Shown here in pieces: positions 57,425-64,000 of a stretch of DNA of 64,000 bases. The position numbers and the translations under genes are program-made. How positions within the stretch are numbered: position 1 is the first letter of the stretch; each line of letters starts with the position of its first letter. Source of the stretch: Chloroflexota bacterium (lineage in GTDB: Bacteria > Chloroflexota > Dehalococcoidia > Dehalococcoidales > UBA2162); NCBI GenBank assembly GCA_016190825.1, contig JACPPV010000014.1:32294-96293 (forward strand), in the 5' to 3' direction. The notes beneath the pieces were generated by a model. The model had not been told where the DNA came from. It made no database searches and saw only the letters and a program-made list of their open reading frames with translations.

Positions 57425-58636
57425 ATGAAATTGCTCTTTATCCAGGAAACCGATTGGATCAAACGGAATCCGCTGCCGCAGCATCACATGGCCGAGTTGC
57501 TCGCCCTGCGGGGACATGAAATACGCGCCATCGATTATGAGTTTCTCTGGAGGACGCAGGGGAAGAAGGAGCTGTTCTCAAAACGCCAGGTCTTTGACAA
57601 TATCACCCGGGTCCACACCGGAGGTAGCGTCACCGTTATTCGCCCGGGCATCGTCAAGGTACCCGCCATTGAGTATTTCTCGCTTATATTCACGCACCGG
57701 GCCGAAATCCAGCGGCAGATTGACGAGTTCAAACCGGACGTCATTGTGGGTCTGGGCATTTTGAACGCCTTCCTGGCAGCCAGAGCGGCGAGGCGCAGGG
57801 GGATACCATTCATCTACTACTGGCTGGATGTTCTCCACTGGCTCATCCCCTTCAAACCCTTCCATGCGCTTGGGGAGCTCATTGAGAGGCGCACCCTCCG
57901 GTTGGCGGACAGGGTGGTCGTCGTTAGCGATAGATTGAAGGAATTTGTCACCGGAATGGGGGCATCTCCGGGCAAAATGAACGTTATCAGGCCCGGCATT
58001 TCGCTGGAGCAGTTCAACCCGGCTGTTAGTGGAGAGGCGATCAGGAAGCAGCTTGGCATCGGGAAGGAAGACATCGTTCTTTTTTTCATGGGGTGGCTTT
58101 ATCATTTTGCCGGTCTGAAAGAGATCGCCCTGGAGCTTGCCCGGCGAAAGCGGGAAAACGTTAAACTGGTTATCGCTGGTGAGGGGGATGCCTACGAAGA
58201 CCTTCTCAGAATACAGGGAGAATACAATTTGCAGGATAGGCTCATAATGGTGGGACAGCGTCCCCATGAGGACATGTCGGCGTTAATCGCCGCCGCTGAC
58301 GTTTGTCTCCTGGCGGCGGACCCTCGAGAGAAGCTCATGCGGGATGGCCTGCCGCAAAAGATTTTTGAATACCTGGCGATGGGGAAGCCGATGATTGCCA
58401 CGAGGCTGCCCGGCGTGATGAAGGAGTTTGGCGAAGGCAATGGAGTGGTCTATGTTGACCGGCCTGAGGACGCCGTGGACAAAGCCCTGGAATTGGTGAA
58501 TAGTGGCCAGGCGAAGAAACTGGGAAAGAAGGCGAGGAAGTCCGTGAAACGCTACGACTGGGACAAGATCGTTGACCGGTTCGAAGAAATCCTGGAAGAG
58601 GTTATAAAAGAGAAAAGCATGACAGTCGGGAAATGA
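57425..58636 (+). CDS. glycosyltransferase family 4 (GT-B)
   Basis: Start at ATG 57425. The C-terminal domain has GEGDAYEDL and a typical E-x7-E region (PQKIFEYLAMGKPMIAT). Confidence 0.8.
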   Translation: MKLLFIQETDWIKRNPLPQHHMAELLALRGHEIRAIDYEFLWRTQGKKELFSKRQVFDNITRVHTGGSVTVIRPGIVKVPAIEYFSLIFTHRAEIQRQIDEFKPDVIVGLGILNAFLAARAARRRGIPFIYYWLDVLHWLIPFKPFHALGELIERRTLRLADRVVVVSDRLKEFVTGMGASPGKMNVIRPGISLEQFNPAVSGEAIRKQLGIGKEDIVLFFMGWLYHFAGLKEIALELARRKRENVKLVIAGEGDAYEDLLRIQGEYNLQDRLIMVGQRPHEDMSALIAAADVCLLAADPREKLMRDGLPQKIFEYLAMGKPMIATRLPGVMKEFGEGNGVVYVDRPEDAVDKALELVNSGQAKKLGKKARKSVKRYDWDKIVDRFEEILEEVIKEKSMTVGK

Positions 58637-59763
58637 AAATCTTGCAGGTGATTGACCTTTTTGGTGCGGCGCACGGGGGTGCGGCGGAAGTGCCTTATCA
58701 GTTATCGAGGGAGCTCGTAAGAAGGGGCCACGAGGTAACGGTTTATGCCAGCGATTTCCGTCTGGAGCCGGAGCGTCTGGTCTCGGTACAGCAGGCTGAA
58801 GTCCATGCCTTTAAGACTTTCCTCCCCTTCGCTAATTTCTACATTACGCCGGGCATCATCTGGAAGGCCAGGGAAGAAGTGGGCAATTTCGATCTGGTCC
58901 ACATGCACCAGTACCGGTCTTTCCAGAACCTCGCCGTGTACCACTACGCGCAAAAATATGAAGTCCCATATGTGGTGCAGGCTCACGGCTCACTTCCCGC
59001 GGCCTCCAGGGCGATACTGAAGCGTGCCGTTGATAATCTCTGGGGGTATAAACTGCTAAGAGATGCGGCCGCAGTTTTGGCTGTGACTGAGTTTGAAGCC
59101 GGGCAATACGAGAGTATGGGGGTGAGCCGGAGTAAAATCAGGATTGTTCCCCACGGGATTGACCTGGCTGAGTTTGATAATCTGCCAAAAGCGGGAACAT
59201 TCAGGGCAACGTACGGGCTGGAAGGCAAGAAAGTGGTTCTCTACCTGGGCCGGATCAACCGGATCAAAGGGCTCGACCTCCTTGCCCGGGCTTTTGCCGG
59301 ACTTTCGGTAAGCATGAGGGATGCGGCGCTCGTATTTGTCGGGCCGGATGACGGCTATCGCTGGACGCTTGAGCGGATAATAAATGACCTGGATATTGGA
59401 GATAAAGTGCTTTTTTCCGGCCCGCTCTTCGGGCGGCAAAAATTGGAGGCTTATATTGACGCCGATGTCTACGTTCTGCCCTCAAGCTACGAGATATTTG
59501 GTATCACCATCCTTGAAGCGCTGGCCTGCGGGACGCCGGTGGTGGTCACGGACCGTTGTGGCCTGGCGCCGGCGGTTAACGGACAGGGAGCATTGGTTGT
59601 CCCTTTTGAAGAAGAGCCTTTGCAGGAAGCGCTTTCTGAACTGCTCAGGAGTGGCAGGCTAAGAAAGGAGCTTGGAGAAAAGGGCAAGGCGCTGGTCCGG
59701 CGCGACTACACCTGGCAGAAGATAGCCGGGGAGGTGGAGGAAATATACAAGAGCCTCCTTTAG
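58633..59763 (+). CDS. glycosyltransferase family 4 (GT-B)
   Basis: 376 aa. MKILQVIDLFGAAHGGAAEV, a C-terminal FGITILEALACGTPVVVT, and a 4-nt overlap with the upstream GT gene. Confidence 0.85.
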   Translation: MKILQVIDLFGAAHGGAAEVPYQLSRELVRRGHEVTVYASDFRLEPERLVSVQQAEVHAFKTFLPFANFYITPGIIWKAREEVGNFDLVHMHQYRSFQNLAVYHYAQKYEVPYVVQAHGSLPAASRAILKRAVDNLWGYKLLRDAAAVLAVTEFEAGQYESMGVSRSKIRIVPHGIDLAEFDNLPKAGTFRATYGLEGKKVVLYLGRINRIKGLDLLARAFAGLSVSMRDAALVFVGPDDGYRWTLERIINDLDIGDKVLFSGPLFGRQKLEAYIDADVYVLPSSYEIFGITILEALACGTPVVVTDRCGLAPAVNGQGALVVPFEEEPLQEALSELLRSGRLRKELGEKGKALVRRDYTWQKIAGEVEEIYKSLL

Positions 59764-59775
59764 AAGGTTCAATGT

Positions 59776-61344
59776 TCAGCGGTTCTGGAACAGCAGAATC
59801 CTGCAAAGTTCTGGCAGTATTCCCGGTCGGCCAATACCCATGAACTCATCGTAGAAGTTGCCAAAATCTTGCCGTGACCATTTGTCAACTGACTCGTGCT
59901 CAGCGCGATTGCGCGCTCTTCTTAGGTGATATAGACTCTTCGGCAGATGTTTGCAAAACCAGTCTCTTTTATCGCCAGGGGTTCCCCTTTCCTTGAGAAA
60001 CGCGTTAGTAATGTTTAATCTGCATAATCGTTCAAAATCCAGTAAAGTGGGCATCGATCCGTTTTGGGATAATTCATGCCTTCGGTCTGTAAACCATTTG
60101 GTATCATTGTCGCCTTTCTTCTGATTTGGAATCCATTGCTCCACCGGCTTCCACAGTCCGGTGCTCAATAACTCCTCAGTGGCAATTCTGAGTTCGTTGA
60201 AAACAGCTTCTTTTCTGGCTACGGTGCCGCTAAACCAATCACGGTCGGCACTGACCAGGCTACTTCTGACTCTTTCCGGGAGTTTGTTCCACGCTTCATC
60301 ACCAAAGAAATATGTGCGCAATCGCTTTTCAGATGCGCTGTCTTCGCGTTCGTTCAGTAGTTCTCGCAAGTCTGACGGTTGCAATCGGCCTTCGAGCAAG
60401 CCAGAAGCATGATGCCAAAAGGCAATCACGTTCCAATTTTCCCCCTCAGCGTCCTTGACTTCGTTATCATCCTCATCAACCGTCGGCGAGTTACTGTACA
60501 CCATCGCAAGTAATCCACAAACGGCTGCGATGTTTTTCGGGTCTAGAATACGTTCGCCTTTTCTTAGGGCTTCAAAACAATCTACTGGAAGTTGGTAGTC
60601 CAGGTCATATATTGACAGTGGTGATAATTCCCGATGGCAAGAAGTCACCCGATTCATGAATGCTGACAACGCAGGCTCGGTTATTCTTGACTTTGTCTGA
60701 TTGAAATCCGAAATGTTAACATCTGTCATTATGTAGGAAGCTATTCCCCCTGCCAATGATTGGATCGATTTCTCGTATTCCCCGTCTGCCTTTTGAATCA
60801 GGAATTGACAGACGTAAAGGAACTCGCCAATGGCGCTAGCAAATATTGAGTATTCTTTCGGCCACTGTGGGTCTTGACCGATGATTTTCGCTCTTCCAAG
60901 GCGGACTAAGGCGTTGAGAGCCATATCTAATACTTCTCTCGTTGTTTCGGAATAGCGTTCCGTTCTGAGCAATCGAATCAAACGGCTGGATTCTAGAAGC
61001 GTGGAGACGTATAGAGATTTGGGGTCACTAATCTTGTCAGGGATATAAGGCACTCGCCTCATTTCGCATAGAGCGTTGAGCCTAGCCAGTATTATTTCGG
61101 CAACACGCTCTGGTCCTTGAAGTATTACGTCTCTTACATCGGCATCTATGAAGCCCCCTCCTTTGGGGGAATCTTCCAGATGCTTGTTGATCCAAAAAAG
61201 CACACGGTCTTGGAAATCTTCGGGAGACAGGCTATTCATCCAAAAAAGCCAGAACAGTTCCGTAGCATCCTGCAAGGGATTCTCTTCCTTTTCGATGCTC
61301 TTGAGTAGAACTATTAATCTCGTCGGGCTTGGTAACCAACTCAT
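59776..61344 (-). CDS. hypothetical 522-aa helical protein with a C-terminal HEPN-like RNxxxH motif
   Basis: Start at ATG 61344, with GGAGG upstream. The ORF track's 61410 start would overlap wecB. LYHLRRARNRAEHES lies at aa 471-485, with R478..H483 encoded at 59896..59913. AT-rich relative to its flanks by eye. The HEPN assignment rests on the motif alone. Confidence 0.6.
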   Translation of the reverse strand: MSWLPSPTRLIVLLKSIEKEENPLQDATELFWLFWMNSLSPEDFQDRVLFWINKHLEDSPKGGGFIDADVRDVILQGPERVAEIILARLNALCEMRRVPYIPDKISDPKSLYVSTLLESSRLIRLLRTERYSETTREVLDMALNALVRLGRAKIIGQDPQWPKEYSIFASAIGEFLYVCQFLIQKADGEYEKSIQSLAGGIASYIMTDVNISDFNQTKSRITEPALSAFMNRVTSCHRELSPLSIYDLDYQLPVDCFEALRKGERILDPKNIAAVCGLLAMVYSNSPTVDEDDNEVKDAEGENWNVIAFWHHASGLLEGRLQPSDLRELLNEREDSASEKRLRTYFFGDEAWNKLPERVRSSLVSADRDWFSGTVARKEAVFNELRIATEELLSTGLWKPVEQWIPNQKKGDNDTKWFTDRRHELSQNGSMPTLLDFERLCRLNITNAFLKERGTPGDKRDWFCKHLPKSLYHLRRARNRAEHESVDKWSRQDFGNFYDEFMGIGRPGILPELCRILLFQNR

Positions 61345-61378
61345 GATAGTTACTGCCTCCGAAGGTCTTCTTTGCCCC

Positions 61379-62470
61379 TCACCCTCTCCGGTACAAATAA
61401 CCCAGCACAATATTCGTGACCGTGCTGCTGACGTGGGGTACTACGTATTCGGGTGGCGCCGTCCAGTCCGGCTTTTGCGCCAGGACCGTGCGCACGCACT
61501 GCTGAATCGTTTCAGGCTCGGCGCCGCTGAGGATATTGCTGCCGCACTCGATTGTTTCCGGCCTCTCGGTGACATCCCGGATGGTCACATTGGCTACGCG
61601 GAAAATGGAGCACTCTTCCTGTACCGTGCCGCTATCGCTCAGCACGCAGAAGGCGTTCTGTTCCAGCTTGATGAAATCGAAAAAGCCGAATGGCTCGTGC
61701 AGCTTCACCTGCTCGTTGGCAATTTTGACGCCGAAGCGCTCCATCCTGTTGACGGTCCGCGGGTGGAGGCTGCAAATCACGGGTATTCCGTATTCTTTCT
61801 GGAGCAGGTCGAGCGCCTCCGTCAGCGAGCGCAGCCGCTCTTCGATATCCACGTTTTCCTCGCGGTGCATCGTCACCAGGAAGTATCTGCCGGGTTCAAT
61901 TTGCAGGCCTGTCATAATATCCGATTTTTCTACGACCGGCTGAAAACGCTGGATGACCTCGTAGATCGGGTTGCCGGTGACATAGATGCGGTAGCCATCG
62001 ATGCCCTCGCGCAGCAGGTTCGCCCGGCTTCGTTCGGTGTAAGGCATCAGGATATCGCTCGAATGGTCGATGATGCGCCGGTTGACTTCCTCCGGAACGC
62101 GGTCGTCATAGCAGCGGTTCCCCGCCTCCATGTGATAGACGGGAATACCCATTCGCTTGGCGACCACCGCCGCCAGGGAGCTGTTCGTATCTCCCAGGAT
62201 AAGGACCTTGTCCGGCTTTTCGTCGCGGATGACCTGCTCGCTGGCCTGGATTATCTTGCCGATCTGCTCGCCGAAGGTGGCTCCGCGCACGCCCAGGAAA
62301 TGGTCCGGCTGGCGCACGCCCAGTTGTTGAAAGAAAATATCATTAAGGTTGAAATCATAGTTCTGTCCGGTGTGCACCACCACCTGCTGGCACAGCCTGT
62401 CCAGCTTCTCGATGATAAGGCAAAGACGGATAATCTCCGGGCGGGTGCCCAGGAAAGTCATGACCTTCAT
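61379..62470 (-). CDS. UDP-N-acetylglucosamine 2-epimerase (non-hydrolysing) family
   Basis: 363 aa. MKVMTFLGTRPEIIRL..., HTGQNYD and LILGDTNS are typical WecB/CapG/FnlC-type motifs. Confidence 0.88.
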   Translation of the reverse strand: MKVMTFLGTRPEIIRLCLIIEKLDRLCQQVVVHTGQNYDFNLNDIFFQQLGVRQPDHFLGVRGATFGEQIGKIIQASEQVIRDEKPDKVLILGDTNSSLAAVVAKRMGIPVYHMEAGNRCYDDRVPEEVNRRIIDHSSDILMPYTERSRANLLREGIDGYRIYVTGNPIYEVIQRFQPVVEKSDIMTGLQIEPGRYFLVTMHREENVDIEERLRSLTEALDLLQKEYGIPVICSLHPRTVNRMERFGVKIANEQVKLHEPFGFFDFIKLEQNAFCVLSDSGTVQEECSIFRVANVTIRDVTERPETIECGSNILSGAEPETIQQCVRTVLAQKPDWTAPPEYVVPHVSSTVTNIVLGYLYRRG

Positions 62471-63393
62471 TCAGTATGCTCCGGTGAAAAGTGGAAGTTG
62501 AATTGGGCAAGCTCGGCAATCATCTCCGGCACTGAGGGCGGTTTCGTATATCCGGCGGCCTTCCACAGGGTGCGGTTGAGTGACTCGTTCTGGGTGGCTA
62601 ACGTTCTGTCTATGACGGTCGCGGCCTGGGTGGGATTGATGGTAATGTCCTCCCGGTGAAAATCCAGCGCGAAATGCCGCAGCATCTCAGCCTTCGAGGC
62701 CGTACCTGCCGGCAGGACATGCTGAATATGCGGCAGGGCAATCGATTGTTTGATGACTCCCCGGCACAGTTTGGCGAAATGCAGGGTTGTCACCCCATTC
62801 CACCGGTGGTTGGCATAGCCGTTGACGCTGCCGTTGCGGGGCTGGCGCAGAAGCCAGTCCATCAGCGAGACGTGCCCTTTCGGCTCCGGCCCGATGATTG
62901 AACACCGCAGGTGATACACATTGCTTGAATATACCTCTCCCAGGCTTTTCGTCTTGCCGTAGACATCCAGCGGGTCGTGGGCATCGGTTTCGCTGTAATC
63001 ACCCCTCAGTCCTGAGAATACACAGTCGGTAGCGATCTGTAATACCCGGCAGCCGTTTTCTTCGGCGGCGCGGGCGAGGAGGTGGGGGAAAAGGGAATTC
63101 ACGGTCACGGCTCGCTCCACCTCGGTGGCATTGTCATCATGTATGTATGGCTTGATGACGCCGATGGCGTTGATGACCCATGGAGCGCCGTCAAGCACGT
63201 CCCGGATGCTCTTTACTGTGCATTCCCCGGCGTCCAGATTGCGCCATTGAACGTTAGTGATGTGTGATTGCAGTCCTGGAAGAAGCTCCCGGTTGCGGGC
63301 GGTAGCGGTAAGCTGAAAATCGGAGTCGCCGGATAGATAGTCCACCACCATGGAACCGAGCATGCCGCTTCCGCCCAGGACTATTATCTTCAT
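62467..63393 (-). CDS. SDR-family sugar-nucleotide reductase (RmlD/WbvR-like)
   Basis: 308 aa with the Rossmann motif MKIIVLGGSGMLGS and a YGKTK catalytic motif. 4-nt overlap with the downstream epimerase gene. Confidence 0.75.
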   Translation of the reverse strand: MKIIVLGGSGMLGSMVVDYLSGDSDFQLTATARNRELLPGLQSHITNVQWRNLDAGECTVKSIRDVLDGAPWVINAIGVIKPYIHDDNATEVERAVTVNSLFPHLLARAAEENGCRVLQIATDCVFSGLRGDYSETDAHDPLDVYGKTKSLGEVYSSNVYHLRCSIIGPEPKGHVSLMDWLLRQPRNGSVNGYANHRWNGVTTLHFAKLCRGVIKQSIALPHIQHVLPAGTASKAEMLRHFALDFHREDITINPTQAATVIDRTLATQNESLNRTLWKAAGYTKPPSVPEMIAELAQFNFHFSPEHTE

Positions 63394-63412
63394 CGTGTTC
63401 CTCTCTCAGTCG

Positions 63413-63871
63413 TTACCGCTCAATAACTTGCCAGGGATCCCAGTAACGGGAGTCAAACCTCACGTCGTCCCCCTGGCTTTCCTCCAGAGTGGAGGTTGAG
63501 AAGACCACCAGTTTGGCACCAGCCGTCAAAGACATCAGGCCGTTGGCATACCCCGGGGGTATGTATAGCACCGCTGGTTTTGCAGCCGACATCGCGAACC
63601 GGTAGACCTGCGCGCTTTTCGAAGGATGCTCCCAGTCGTCAATCGCGACCGCCGCTACGATGGCGCTTCCCTGGGCGCAGGTGACATATTTGGCTTCCCG
63701 CCGGTGGGCATGCCAGGCGCGGATGAAGCCGGCCCGGTGGTTTGAGATCATATAAAACCGCTTCACACCCTCAAAATGAAAGCCATTGACGAAGGCGGTG
63801 AAACCGCGGTCGTCAATAGCCAGCCCGCCTTCGATGATACGGGGGACGGGTATCTGCCCGGCTTCGCTCAT
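63413..63871 (-). CDS. cupin-fold sugar-nucleotide epimerase-like protein (RmlC/CapF-C-terminal-like)
   Basis: 152 aa. DDRGFTAFVNGFHFEGVKRFYMISNHRAGFIRAWHAH and YIPPGYANG resemble the RmlC-like cupin. Confidence 0.65.
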   Translation of the reverse strand: MSEAGQIPVPRIIEGGLAIDDRGFTAFVNGFHFEGVKRFYMISNHRAGFIRAWHAHRREAKYVTCAQGSAIVAAVAIDDWEHPSKSAQVYRFAMSAAKPAVLYIPPGYANGLMSLTAGAKLVVFSTSTLEESQGDDVRFDSRYWDPWQVIER

Positions 63872-63874
63872 GCG

Positions 63875-64000
63875 TCAGACCCCGACCACCATCTTGTGGG
63901 TATTAAACATGGAGAGGAATGTCTGGTTCGTGTATCTCGGATTGTTGGCGTCCTTCAGGCGATGAGTCTCGAGCAGTTCCTTGACTTCTTCGATGCCATC
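63875..64000 (-). CDS. 3' end of a CDS truncated by the window edge (possibly a CapE/FnlA-type UDP-GlcNAc dehydratase)
   Basis: Hand translation: ...DGIEEVKELLETHRLKDANNPRYTNQTFLSMFNTHKMVVGV*. The stop is 3 nt before the cupin gene start. Product identity is a guess from context. Confidence 0.35.
   Translation of the reverse strand, partial: DGIEEVKELLETHRLKDANNPRYTNQTFLSMFNTHKMVVGV

Noticed and set aside
60634-60651. A second Rx4H motif (RVTSCH) suggesting a Cas13-like double-HEPN protein
   Set aside because: It lacks the polar N/H/D after the Arg, has no obvious flanking HEPN helix pattern, and no CRISPR array is nearby. It is kept only as a note inside the HEPN finding.
61148-62659. 503-aa plus-strand ORF, the longest unassigned ORF in the track
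   Set aside because: It lies antisense to the WecB-like epimerase and SDR genes, which have clear motifs. The translation is Arg/Ala/Leu-rich with no recognisable domain.

Overview
This is a 64-kb chromosomal window from a moderately GC-rich bacterium. Gene content and order give a Chloroflexota/Dehalococcoidia-like impression, but that is not a search result. Most of the window is core metabolism and translation:
- cobT-cobC-cobU (corrinoid lower-ligand salvage) behind a cobalamin riboswitch, followed by a PIG-L deacetylase, tmk and a TlpA-like oxidoreductase
- nusB-acpP
- tRNA-Thr/Tyr/Thr-tuf-rpmG-secE-nusG-rplKAJL
- tldD-pmbA-PAC2-HEAT-GNAT
- purF
- a HisKA_3/NarL two-component pair
- gatC and gatA, split by a membrane-protein gene
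- purine salvage (hpt, ade, a PRTase), a hotdog hydratase pair, lepB, pyrE, thrC and folE
- a PyrR-attenuated pyrimidine operon: pyrR-pyrB-pyrC-carA-[islet]-carB-pyrK
- ribD-ribE-ribBA-ribH, nadE, bioY, tatA
- the edge of a surface-glycan locus (two GT4 genes and a 6-deoxy-hexosamine-type set)

I saw no rRNA, CRISPR array, integrase or transposase.

The items most worth a second look are:
1. An AT-rich orphan 522-aa helical protein with a C-terminal RNxxxH (HEPN-type) motif, wedged into the glycan locus.
2. A ~1.85-kb cassette-like islet that splits carA from carB. It holds a small coupled ORF, a 4-TM orphan and a frameshifted GIY-YIG gene, each bounded by palindromic repeats.
3. A second AT-rich 4-TM orphan next to gatA.
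4. A PyrB fused to only the Zn domain of PyrI, plus a Cys-less Ada-like tail.
5. Several families of REP-like palindromic repeats in many intergenic gaps.
6. Three decayed genes.

All product calls come from motifs I read in the translations. No database search was run.
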